64,000 nucleotides of DNA from Tubulanus polymorphus (Eukaryota; Animalia; Nemertea): contig NC_134031.1 of the NCBI RefSeq assembly GCF_964204645.1, positions 10,354,001-10,418,000 of the forward strand, in the 5' to 3' direction. This document shows positions 1-12,600 of this stretch, in pieces. A program made the translations under genes and the position numbers. The notes below the pieces were generated by a model. That model saw only the letters and a program-made list of their open reading frames with translations. It made no database searches and was not told where the DNA came from. How positions within the stretch are numbered: the first letter of the stretch is position 1; each line of letters starts with the position of its first letter.

Positions 1-964
1 AGCTACAACTTTGCTGCAATTGATCATGGTAACAAAATATGCCTAGGTACCACTATAATAAGGAAATACTAAGTTATTCGACTATTCAATGCCCCCTAGT
101 GACCATATGGAATAACAAATGTACTTGAAACTCACCACAATCATAGACCGTGTCATGAGCTACAACTTTCCAATTGATTGTGGTAACAAAATATGCATAG
201 GTACGAATATAATATAGAAATACTAAGTTATTGTATTGTTCAACGCCCCCTGATGGTCATATACAAAAACCAATGACCTTGAAACTCACCACGGTCATAG
301 ACCATGTGATGAGCTACATTTTTTCAATTGATTGTGGAAACAAAATATGCTTAAGTATCAATATAATGAGGGAAAACTTTTTTCCACCTACGAATGAGTA
401 CTGATGACACCAAAATGGCCGCCAATTGCATCATAATTGCCTGATCAAATATACCTGTTTCGGGTATAAGAGATCCCTTTCAAAGAATACCAATCACAAA
501 TTGCAATGAAAAATGGCAAACCATTAGGAAGCTACAGGACTCACAATTCAGGCAAAATTGACATTTTTGGGCATAAAAAAGGTCACAAGACAACCATCTT
601 GAGTCCGATCGACCCAATTTTTCTCATGCTCATGGGCCATTGGGGGATAAAAGTAAATACAAACGATCAAGGTAATTGATAAGAGCGTCATCAAAATTTC
701 CCTCAAAAACTTCGAATATGTGTAAAAAAAGTGCTGATTTTGGCGAACAACAATGCTGCCAGTCGGCCATCTTGAATCTGACAGGGCCAGTTTTTGGGCT
801 GAAGATGTGTCTAGGGTAGATACATGTTTAAACTAAATATCAGGACATCACCTTGAAACGTCTTCAAAACTTGCCAAAATAACTGGATTCCATCTACGGA
901 CGGACTGACGACGGATGGAAAGTGAACACAATAGCCCGCTTGGACTAAAGTCCCAAGTGGGCTA
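1..964 (+). mobile_element. HINE family A copy (non-autonomous Helentron/DINE-1-like), 5' end outside window
   Basis: 154-bp tandem units, (GGAC)n-like microsatellite, 3' palindrome tagcccgcttggact-aa-agtcccaagtgggcta. Confidence 0.8.
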
Positions 965-2789
965 AAAAGAGGTATTATTGTTTATGAGTTTTAGCCAGTA
1001 TTTTATAGCTCTTAGCTGAAAATGAAAATAAGGGGGGAATCTCCCCAAATCACCATATATACATCCTATAGGTGTACTTTCCTTTACCTTTAATATATCT
1101 CGACATAAGTCTAAGTGTATCTTCTCGATAAAAGGTATTTCCTTTGTACCCCATACCTCATACTCATAACTTAAGATGGGCACTACTAGTGAGTCAAAAA
1201 GATACATAATAGTTTCTATTTTTAGATATCTAAAATTGTCAGTGTATTGTTTTACCACAAACAGTGCACGCTTTGCTTTATTAATTATATATTCATGTTG
1301 TCTCCCAGTTTTACCGTTACCTCGCATGATATAGCCCAAATAGTTGTGCTGGGTCACTACTTCTATTTCTTTTCCATAGGGCCGGATAAATTCCAGTATT
1401 GAGTATTATGTTGAAAATTTTGGTGAAATGTGGAGTCAGGATATCAATTCCATTCAACAAAAATTCAGAGATAACATCATCATCACATCCCAGAGATTTT
1501 CCTTATTTTATACCTAGATCAACCTCTTCCTTTGTAATTGGAAATTCTGTTTCCGTGACAACAACATTGACATTATTCTCAACAAGTTATTAATTGTTTG
1601 CGTTAATTCTGAGGCAGGAAAATCTGGGTTATATAAACTTTGAAAATAATCTCTGAACTCATCTGTTGCAATGGAATTATTTACGCCTGGTTTTCTATTA
1701 ATCCTTTTTAACTGTTTCCATTATCACTCCTTAAATTTGATATTTCTATAGATTTCCTCCTGTTGGCACTGAGACGCTTGATTCTAAGTAATTTTTTATA
1801 TTCCCCCTTTTATTAACATACTAATACCTATTAATTTCTGATGGCAATAGTCTATAAGTTTCATAAATATTACTAAATTCTCTTCGCATTTCAACACACT
1901 CACTATCAAACCAAGCATTGGCTGCTGGTTTTACATCATAGGTGTCCCTTACAATAAATGTTTTACGAAATAGTGGATTAGTTATGTGAGTTAGGGCTGA
2001 TGTCTAATTGGATACAGCCTCATTCACATCCTCTTTGCTTTGCTTTGAACTTACTTAATTACTCACTATATCTTGGAGTGCTGTATCTGCAATATGCAGA
2101 GCGTTCCTATAGTCATTTAATTTATGCTCATCCCACTTTATTGAAGATATTCTTTTAGCTGGAGTTCTACCATTATCTTTGCAGTTCATTTGGATTGAGG
2201 CATGAATTAGAGTGGTCAGAAAATGCCGTTGGGCATGACACATCAAATACACTTTAAACTTTCAGTGCCTGTTCATTAACATTAATATAGTCGACTACAC
2301 TTTTGCCATTAGCATTTAAGCAGGTTACCCTACCGCGCCCTCTATCATCGAATGCTCTACCGTTCATAATACAAAGTCCACTTAACTGGCAAAGTTCAAT
2401 AAGCTTGCGACCATACGAGTTGGCCTTTTTATCTTCAGACACTCTTTGCTTAACTATACTATGATAATCGAATAATATATCTGTGTTTTTATATTGATAT
2501 ATTCAACAAGGTCTGTCTCAATTTGTACTACATCCTCACATAGGTCTTTTGTTCTACTGTTCAAATCTCCCCAGTTCCACACTAGTGCATTAGGGTCACT
2601 ACTGTAGATCTCAGCCATATTATTTTCCAGCACCCTGAACATATCTATATCATCGACGTTGCGCCTAGATGTGCCTTCGGGCATAATATAAACATTGCAT
2701 ATATACATATCAGCTTTAAGTAGAACAAGAGATCCACAGATCTTTATATCCCGGGCGCAATAAGTCAAATGAAAAAATTGAGCGACCAT
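962..2789 (-). mobile_element. Degenerate non-LTR retrotransposon (L2/CR1-group) ORF2: AP-endonuclease plus RT with the catalytic core deleted
   Basis: GDLNSRT, NSYGRKLIELCQLSGLCIMNGR, SVVDYI (endonuclease); LFDSLVVPILSY.YEVWG, IYGDLGRFP (post-RT region); stops and frameshifts. Confidence 0.88.
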
Positions 2790-3129
2790 TTAGACGTTGA
2801 ACTAATCAGATGTGGGCCCTTTGGGATGTGGAATGAATTGTGGGGCTAATGAACAGATGATATAGGAACAGTGTAAATAAGTAGTTGCGTACACATCGTT
2901 GGCAATATGGCAGTAATGTCATCGCCACATGCACCAGAGTTTGCTATGCTCGGTTCGCGCACACAACTTCCTGATTTCTGTGCTATTGACCCAAGTAGAA
3001 GATAAACATAGTTGTGTCAAAATGCAAGCTCATACACGCAGCTTTAATCACAAAATCCCAGGGCAGTGAAGAAACAGATGAAGCATCTACAATAAGTACA
3101 GAAGACAGCGTAACAATAATAAGTTCAAA

Positions 3130-3610
3130 GCATGACATTTTGAACAAAAAGTGGGTCATAAGTCAGCCATCTTGAATTGGAGAAATTCCGAGAACAAAAC
3201 AGTTCCTTTTCATATTATCATACACATACCATAAAAATGTCATTAATTTATCCCAAACGGTTTTTGAGTTATCGTATATACGGAAAGTTCCTGTGTCAAA
3301 AGTAGATGGTGTCGGCCACCTTGAATCAGAGAAGTCCCCAAAACAATAAGGTTTTACATCATACTATCATACATATCTAATATAAATTTCATGAAATTTT
3401 CTCAAACGATTTTTTAGTTATCACGTACACGTGTCAAAATAGGTCATAATTCGGCCATCATGAATCATAGATTCCCCAAGAGTTCCCCACCATACCACCA
3501 TACATGCACATACCATAACAATTTCATGAAATCATGTCAAACTGTTTTTGATTTTTCGTGTACAAGGAGAGTTCCTGTGTCAAAAGTAAGTCATAAGTCG
3601 GCCATGTGGA
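3130..3610 (+). repeat. Degenerate ~150-bp tandem repeat (HINE-type internal array)
   Basis: Recurrent gtcataagtcggccatcttgaat ... aatttcatgaa ... gttcctgtgtcaaaagt units. Confidence 0.6.
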
Positions 3611-4639
3611 AAGAGGTCCACAGTAAATTGGAAATGGAAAGCAGTATGAATCGTTGACGCATAAAACAGGCAAGGGACGCTTAACCTGGTCACAATTGTA
3701 AACATACTAAGACAAGTGAAACCTATAGTGAATGCCGATTACGCAGCCTTTAAAAGATTTTATTGTGCACTGGTACAAATTTGGATAACAAAACGATTGT
3801 CAACCCCAAACCCTATCACTGTTTTCCGTTCTTTTGATATTAAAATAGGTATTGGCCATTATTTATTCGGTTGGTAAATTTCGTTTTATTTTTTTATAAA
3901 CCCACCACCCCAGTTTGATTAAAAGTTGCAGACAAAGAAATAGCAGTTGCAAAATCTTCTCCGACCACTGACACAAAGCTTTTTTCACAGCAATATTTTG
4001 CTATCTCATAATTAGTTATCTTGAGGTTACAAAAACTTATTTATTGAAATTTCATGGACATGCTGAAATCAGATTCTCTATCTAAAAAAGCCCAATAATA
4101 GTGATAATAGCCAGGAATCAAGAATAGTGTATACATGAAATTGCATATTTTGATTTTTAAAAATATCTAATAAATTGATTTGCTAGTGTAATTGACTGCA
4201 GTGATGGCAATTAGTAACTGTTGCTTGGTTAAGCAGCCAGCTTAAGAGCACATTGATGCTATTAGGCTACCCAAACTAATTGCCTCTGCGAGTGTCTCTG
4301 TGAGTTCACCGAACAAAGTTTTCACCTTGTGCATCTATGCTCAAAATGAGACAATTCATCGAATAGACTCTACTCCTTAAACACAGTTGTTTAGGGGTTT
4401 ATAGGGGTATATTTGAGGCTTCATAAAATAGTTACCAAGGTATCTGACACTGAAAAATCATAAAGCATGTTGTTGATAACTTTTGGGCCAACTTTTTCTG
4501 CTGAATAATGAAAACAAAAACAGAACAATTTTTCTGAATGCAAAATACTCGGGTGCATAATAGGTACCGGTAAATCAACCGGACAAAACGTCGCACAGAG
4601 AGTGATGCCGGCAATGGTGTCATTACTGAGGCAGGCTGA

Positions 4640-4846
4640 TGATTGCTTGTTTGTCTTTTTGATTACATCGTTCGGACCTTGATATTCAACCCTATTGGAT
4701 TGTTCATTTAACCTCATGACGGGACAGCCTTTGAAGTGTTGCCGGCATACTGTAAGCAGTAAGCAGGACTCGAACCCACTTGTCACTCAGCACTGATAGT
4801 GGATGCAACAGCATCATGCCTTATCTCACTGAGCTACCGAAGCCGC
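4640..4846 (-). mobile_element. tRNA-derived SINE
   Basis: Minus strand: A box TAGCTCAGTGAG, B box GGTTCGAGTCC, ~200 nt body, CAAA-like tail; no intact cloverleaf. Confidence 0.65.
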
Positions 4847-4887
4847 TCAATTCAAATCCAAAAAACTACAGTAGCAGCAAACAACCA

Positions 4888-7333
4888 ATCTAGCTTTCTT
4901 ACGGGCACGATTTAAAAAGTGTGTAGGGTAAGCTAATTTAGTCAAAGATTCAAATATATGTTTAATTTCATCTTGCAAGAATTCATCACTACATGTTTTA
5001 TAGGCTCTCAATAAGAGATTTGAAGCGACCCCAAGTTTGATATTTAATTCAGTAAATGAGAAGGAATGAAGATATGATTCAGCATGAGATGGTTTCGATA
5101 GACGGAAAATCTTAACACGTTTTGGCAATTGTGGATTAGAACATCAAGAAAAGGGATTTTTACATCAACTTCTAATTCAAATGTGAATTTCACACTGGGA
5201 TATAAGGAGTTCAGATAATATAGGAAGGAATCTATGTTAAAATTCTCATCAAGGCATAATTTGTCATCGACATATCGAAACCAAAAATGTGGTAAAATAT
5301 CAGATTCAACATGTTCAAGGAGGAAAAGGCACGATAAAATAGGTGAAAGTGGGTTTCCCATACTCATGCCATATATTTGTTTGAAAAATGTTTCATCAAA
5401 TTGGAAGAAAGAACTTCCGACACATAAGTCAATCAATTCAAAAATACAATCAACTGGCATATCTTAACTGCTAGAAATATCAGGTAATTTCCGTTTTAGA
5501 AAATCCATAGTGGGTCCAATAGGTACATTAGTAAATAAAGATTTCGCATCCACCGAAATGAATTTACAGCCCTGAGGATTATAATCTTTAAGTCTGTCCA
5601 TAAGATCAGCACTATGTTTAAGATGTGATTCAGAAAACGAACCGAGTAATGGTGATAATAGTTTAGAGAGGTATTTGGATAGTTTATATGACGGCGAGTT
5701 CCGTGTAGAAACAATGGGTCTCAGAGGGGTCCCTTCTTTATGAATCTTAGGTAAACCATAAATATAAGGGAGTGATGGTAATTTCGAATTGAATTTAGAA
5801 AGTTTGTCTATTACATCGGGATATCGATCAATGATGTTATTAAGCTGGCAATTGTAGGTAGATTGAAAATGGTTAAAAGGATTTTTATCACGTCTTTAAT
5901 AGATAGAGGAATCGCTGAGTAAAGTTTCCATTTTCTGTTTATATGTAACAACGTCTTGCATGCCTATTTTTCCGACTTTATCAGCTTTAGAAATACGGAT
6001 ATTAGTTAATCTCTTTAATTCACTAATAGCTATTATAAACCGTCTGGGAAGATAATTATTAATATCATTAGAAAGATGGTTAAATATATCACCAATGTTC
6101 ATAAAGATGAAGTTCCGTTCAATGCTTTTATCAGTTAATTGGTCCATAGTAGAAATAAAGTCAAAGAAATCATGGAGAAGATCAATCCATATCCTAAAAC
6201 TTGCATTTGATGTTCTGTCAATTTAGTGGAGGATAAGTAAATCACATTTTCCGAGTTGCTAAATTTGGTCCAATAACTTTTCTTGATGAGGTTCGCGAGC
6301 AGATTTTCATAATGTGATGCCTTTTTGTTTCTTTGAAATTTTTGAACTGAGTCTAATACACTAAAACATTGTGTATTCTACCTTTAAGAGTGGTAGCTGC
6401 TTCTGGAAATGGATCATAAGCACTGCTTCTACTTATCCAATTCAACGATCTTGGTATTACCTTTTCTTGTAGACAATTCTTCAAGAAATCTACTCTGTCT
6501 TTAGAAATCTACTCTGAATAGTAGCATGTTCCAACTTTCAGTAAAAATGAACAAGTCCAGGATATAATACGAACAAAAATTGTGGAAAAAATCCAAAGTT
6601 CGTGGGTGTCATGTTGGTTTCGATAGACAAGTGGCCGTCCAATATCAATTAGTCGACAAAAACCCACAATAAAAAAGAAAAACTATCTGATAGTTTGACG
6701 TTTCGACTCAAAGCTATGAGCCATTTTCAAAAACTGATTATTGTACAGTTATAACAATACAAAATATAGCACCAAGGTAACGAAGTGATCCCTATAGCTG
6801 TTAGTGTATAGCGACTAAGGAGTTTATTTTGGGGGGAGAAACCTAAATTGGAATTGACTTTTAGTTTTTTAGAATAATAGCTGACTCAAGGATTCGACGT
6901 TTATATAAATCAGAACAAGGGTATATCAACTGGCTAGATGAGAAGTCAAAAATATGGCCATTTTCAAATGTGTGTGAAAAATAGCACTCTGTGGTTTGGC
7001 ATTTACAACTTTTTTTTGTGTTCTTTTTTACGTATATTCAATGATCGTCCTGTTTCACCTAATTAGTATTCATCACATTTCCCACAAGGTATAAACCCTG
7101 CAGTCAATAATATTATCTTTAGGTTTATTGGACCTTAAGTTGTTGATAAGTTTATTATTATATTTGAAAACTACTCCAATATCACACGCGCCAAGAGGTT
7201 TTTTAAACCGACTAAGGGAAGGAATAAATGGGACAACTAAGCATTTTCCTAACTTGTGGGAACGGGAAGCCTCATTATTTCTGGAAATACCGAAAAATCT
7301 TAATCTAGCTTTCTTATGGGCACGATTTAAAAA
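4888..7333 (-). mobile_element. Penelope-like retroelement (RT + GIY-YIG), degenerate, in permuted/partial-tandem (pLTR) arrangement
   Basis: RT motifs GMSMGNPLSP, WFRYVDD, IPFLDVLI; GIY-YIG remnant GETGRSLNIRKKEH near 7000-7070 placed upstream of the ORF start; ~31-bp terminal direct repeat. Confidence 0.9.
6692..6735 (-). ncRNA. Minimal type I hammerhead ribozyme, U3-A8 core variant, in Penelope pLTR
   Basis: AGUUU-UUGAAAA-U-GGCUCA(UAGCUU)UGAGUC-GAAA-CGUC-AAACU: stems I and II pair, GUC cleavage triplet. Confidence 0.75.
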
Positions 7334-7669
7334 AATCACAAATCCAAGCCAGGACCCTATTAACATTGCCATACGTACTATTTCAGATACTAAGCTAAAT
7401 AGCTCACTTGATTATATTCGTAACCATCAAAAGTACAAGGGAACCACATACGGTAAGTCGAATGAAATGATCACCAGTTTGTTTTTCGATTGAGGCTTTC
7501 CCACAATATTGATATTGGTTTTCCCATTACATCAGAAGACACGGAATTTTCCGGTATTTCCTGTATATCCGAAATCACAATCTCTTATAGAGACGATGAA
7601 GCCTTCGAAAGATTGATCATGGAAATTTTAGACTCACCAAATGTTCATAATACTAATACATCTCGCGAA

Positions 7670-8220
7670 TGACATGAAAAAACAACTAAAACTAAGCGAA
7701 GTATAAGTGACCTGTTATAACATGGTCCCCGGTACAAACTTGCTGAGAGCCTGGTCTCATCAGAGGTTTTTCATTAATCATACGGACAGTAGTACGTGTA
7801 AAACCAATCAGGAAAGAAGCTCCTCAAACTGTAGGGCAGTGCTGGTTACTGACGAAATGAAGTTTATCAACTGACATGGTGTTTAATAGTTTCATGATAC
7901 GATTGTTTTTAGTAGGCGCATGCATAGGCAAGGTGGGCTAAGCTTAAAAACAATGTAACTCAAGCATCATTGTTGTACGCAGCACGTGCGACCCACACTG
8001 TGGCGCGCGTTATCTATTACTGATAAATACACACAGTGAACGCGAGAGTATAAGGCGATATTGCCGACGCGACTGTACCACACGGGCACTACTCGCTGTG
8101 CCGCAGTTAACAAACTTAGGCAGATGAACATGCTCTAAAACGGATCGCCAACCGAACGTCCATAAAATTACTTCAATTAATGACGATAAAACAAGTATTC
8201 CGGTCATGCTAATATCAGAC
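7670..8220 (+). repeat. Diverged interspersed repeat, second copy at ~41770-42200
   Basis: Shared blocks gacat.aaaaaac.aaaact, ggttactg..gaaat.aagtt, aatagtttcat, gcgttatctattact. Confidence 0.6.
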
Positions 8221-8637
8221 TATCAATAAAAATTTGATGGTATCAATCAATAAGCCGTGCCCGTGTGGCGAACACGGATTTACATTTCCGCATTTTGAAC
8301 CCACATTTTCAGATACCTTGATGCCACATGATGCATGGGATATGAAAATTAGATGAATCATTTAACACATTTCACACAATAGATTGTTGCATGATATGCC
8401 TTGAGTATCAGTAATTGTGCTAGCAATGATATCAACCTATTCAATTGTGCCGCCATTTTATGTAACGCATAACGCGTACCTGGCTATGACGCCATGAGGG
8501 ATGTCAAACCTGGGGACCACATATTGCTGAAGACGACTGATGCCCCCACATCAGGTGAAATGCCTGAGAGTAAAGTACACCTTGAGGAGAGCAAGCTCTA
8601 TGGGTACTTCTGATGTATTGAAGCAGCTTAGGTATTC

Positions 8638-8757
8638 AATAGTGAACAAATACATCATCAGCAAAAATAGAGTAAAGTAACTCAATAGGAATAGTCGAAT
8701 AGTGAACAAATATTTGATCAGCAAAAATAGAGTAAATTAACTCAACAGGAATAGTTT
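8638..8757 (+). repeat. 60-bp direct tandem duplication
   Basis: aatagtgaacaaata...cagcaaaaatagagtaaa.taactcaa.aggaatagt occurs twice. Confidence 0.85.
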
Positions 8758-8879
8758 GAATAAGGAAATTGTTTGACAATTCTGGAAATATGCAACCATT
8801 AAAATTATTGAAGGCATATCATATAGTCACTAACATTAATGCTTGCCTGTAAACTCGATCAGGACTTATATCAGTTACT

Positions 8880-9345
8880 CACTTCTTCGAGTTGTGACAT
8901 TGAACTTTGACCTACACTACTCAAAATTGAATCAGTTAGACCTACTTATAGTCACAAGATTAATTCATTAATTATTTTACATAGTAATCGTAAACAATCA
9001 TCAATGAATTAGAGCCCGGAAATGAAAATTCCAAAACAACTTCTGGTGACCTTGACCTTTGACCTACAGGACCCAACATCTAATCAGTTATCTATTTGCT
9101 CTAGGACAATCCATCCAATTAATTTCACCAAGTTATCTTAAACCATTTATGAGTTATAGCCCAGAAATGAAAATAGCAAAATAACTTCTGGTGACCTTGA
9201 CCTTAGACCTACAGGACCCGATATCTTAGCAGTCACTGAAGGTCTCTAGGGTAACCCATCCATAAAACTTCGGCAAGTTATCTTAAATCGTTCATGAGTT
9301 ATGGCCCGGAAATTAAAAATACAAAACAGGTCCTGGTAACTTAAA
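8880..9345 (+). repeat. ~150-bp tandem array with TGACCTTGACCT motif (HINE-type)
   Basis: Repeated aacttctggtgaccttgacct..gacctacaggaccc units. Confidence 0.7.
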
Positions 9346-9474
9346 GTCAATTCTTTTAAATTTTTGTACCACTTTATTCAGTTTAGGCCTATGTTTTTAC
9401 ATGAACATGATATACAGACAGGAAAAGACAAAAACATCCGAGACGAAGAAAAACTTGTGTCATAAAGCTATTAC

Positions 9475-9639
9475 CTCTTTTTTGATTAAGTGGAGGCCTC
9501 ATCTGGGAAACTGGCCTTGACAACTGTTGAGATTGGTGTCTAGGCATATCACTTCGCTTTGCAGTCACTCCTTCAGTCACCGATTTCAGAGTCATACCAT
9601 GATATGTGCCCATGGTGTCAATCTTAAAACCCTCAGTTT
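9475..9639 (-). CDS. CDC73: CDC73 internal exon (165 nt)
   Basis: ttccag|AAACTG...AAAGAG|gtaata; [24 protein letters not shown]...RPPLNQKR (ORF 9389..9703). Confidence 0.96.
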
Positions 9640-12600
9640 CTGGAAAAAAATGATATGCTACAATACATCCATTTGACCCTGCATGTGCTTGGTTAATGCT
9701 CAACTAAGACACTTAGCCCATAATATCTTAACAAATTACACAACAAATGAAAAGAAAAGTATCAAAAGGTCTACAGAGCTCGTATCAACACAGCAGTCCG
9801 TAGAATGATATAGGTCCACTGTGTTTACTATTCTTCAATTATCTAATTGCCCATTGCTAAAGGTTCCCTGAGAAGAATAATTAACAAATCATAGAAATAT
9901 GAGTTTGGTAGAGCAACCCAAGCTGTCGAATCCAAAAAACAAGGGGTCTATATATCATTGAAGTCTTTCACCCAGATAGAACATCAAGAGAAAATGTAGA
10001 AGATATCCAGCCAGATCTTTAGACACCAAGCCTTATATTGATCCGATAACTAGCGAACCAGGGACACCATACCCACTTGGAAAGGGCTTCAAATGCTTAA
10101 CAATCTAACAATTTCAATATTCAAAGCCACCTGGTGACCATATGGAAAATCAATGAATTCCGGGTTTTTTTTTTCTTATGTCACACACGCGAACAAGCTG
10201 ATGGGGCAATGCTGGGAGGTTCGGGGTCCTCCCCCAAGAAAATCTTAGAAATTAAAAGCGTTTTCCGAGCACTTAGAGCGATCTTGAACCCATGAACGAC
10301 TATTATATTTTGGAAGGAAATGGCTATTTCCAATGTGGCACATCCCCATAACAATCAGCATCTCATGCATTACGGGTAGAGCTCTGAATTATTGCAGTTG
10401 AAATGCGCCGATAAATGCTCACTAAAAATCATCACAGTGTATATAATATCTGAAGGCATTCGGCCCAACAGTAGTAATAGGACTACTACTGTTGCCGCGC
10501 ACGTGTCTGCAACCGATCGATAAAATACAGAGATATCGTAGTAGATACAAAATCAGTGTTGCAATGCAATACGCAACGATAAGTAAAACAGGCGCTGAAC
10601 GCTTTCACAGTTCACCCGATTACCAAACGCGCTGGACCAGTAGAGTGAGAGCATCATCACCCCCCTATACTTTTACATCATTTTTGGACTATTTGGAAAA
10701 ATGTCATTTTTCAATACCGAAATCCGCGGAGAATTCCCATCTCTGGATAAACCAAGCTGCACCATCTAGGCCTACACCAAGTACAGAATATAGGAGTTAT
10801 TTATGAGATATAAAAAATTATGAGATATATATACAATCCAGAGAACAAATAACAAATAATCAAAGGGGAATGAAGGGGAATCAAAATTCTAACAACGTTG
10901 TAAACCTAAACAATGGTTTTTCACCCCATAATAAACTTATATCTAAATTCCACTGTAAACTGGTTAAACTCAACACTTGATTCCCCTTTGATTATTTGTT
11001 ATTTGTTCTCTCATCTATGTAAGTCTCTCAACTTGAATTCACCATTGTTTTAATTTAAGTGTCTTTTTACTACTGATTTCAAGTTCTTATTTATATTTAT
11101 ACTCACTATTGCTGTTTATAATTACCCCTTAGTTTGCTTCCCTTTAATCTATTTTAGCGTGTAACTGTTTCTAGGTTAATTTTCCTTTAGTTTGTATCAT
11201 CTCTGATTACTTGAATTAGTCTCTTTGTCTCTGGATTGTATATATATCTCATAATTTTTGTAGTTTCTCATTATTCCTCAAGATGACTATTAGGATATAG
11301 TCGAAACGTTGAAATAAACTACTATCTCGAAGTTTCATTTTCGGACTTTTTCGTTATAATTGTGGGATTCTCTCTACATTAAAGATTCCTTTCCATAGAA
11401 TAACCACCACAAATTTCAATGCCCCCGGCCTGAAATTCACCGCCACGTGAAGTTACAGGGTTTGTGGTAAATGCGTTAAAAATATCATGGCCACAATTAT
11501 TTCTTTAAGAATGATATTAGAGAACATGTGTACAAAGTGTAAAAAAATTGATCAACAGTTACAGCCTCTAGGCAGTTTTCTCCTGATGGCCAAAATTTGA
11601 AGCAGTCAGCAATTGCGGCCTCTAGGCCGTCAACATTGTTTTTCATGTCGGCCCCCTGGTAGCCATAATTTAAATCGAATCGACCCAATTTTAAATAGGG
11701 TTTTGGCCCAAGTGATACCCAACTTGTGTGCCAAGTTTGAAATAAATCGGTCAACATTTGCGGCCTCCAGGCTATAAATGTCATTTTTCATGTCGGCACC
11801 GAGGTGGCAATTATTCAAATCGACCCAATTTTACGTAAATAGGACTCGGAGCCAAGTGATACCCTACTTGTGTACCAAGTTTGAAAACAATTGGTCAACA
11901 ATTGCGGCCTCTAGGCTGTTAACGTCACTTGCGGCGGCGATGCGGCGTATTCAGATGGGGGTAAATCTATATGCCCCCTCTCAACTTGAGCCAGGGGCAT
12001 AAAAATGACAAACCATTAGGAAGCTACAGGACTCACAATTCGGGCCAAATTGACATTTTTGGGCACAAAAAAGGCCATAGGACCGCCATCTTGAGTCCGA
12101 TCGACCTAATTTTACAAATGCAGATGGACGCTTGGGGGATACGAATACATAAGAAAGATCAAGATAATTGATCAAATTGTCTCAAATATTTCCCTCCAAA
12201 ATTTGAAAAATGTAAAAAAAGTGCTGATTTTGGCGAACAACGATGGCTGCCAGTTGGCCATCTTGAATCTGAAAGGGCCAAGCGTTGGGTGTGTTTAGGG
12301 TAGATACATGTATGACTCAAATATTAAGACATTACATTGAAGTTTCTTTAAAACATCCCAAAAAAACTGAATTCCGTCTACAGACAAACGGAAGGATGGA
12401 CGGACAACGGACATAGTGAACACAATAGCCAGCTGGGACTTAAGTCCCAAGTGGGCTAAATTAGGGGTCCAGGGACACCATGCCCACTTGGGAAGTGGTT
12501 TCAAATGCTCAACAATCTATTCAATATTCAACGCCCCCTGGTGACCATATACAAAAACCAATGACCTTGAAACTCACCACAATCATAGAACATGTCATAT

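Noticed and set aside
4140-4240. Possible next CDC73 exon (RTPIIIIP...DLLQDL)
   Set aside because: No matching translation or splice sites on the minus strand
4770-4846. Possible tRNA gene
   Set aside because: A/B boxes present but no complete cloverleaf; continues into SINE-like body and tail
7740-7775. CTGATGAG on the minus strand as a hammerhead
   Set aside because: No GAAA or stem II closure downstream
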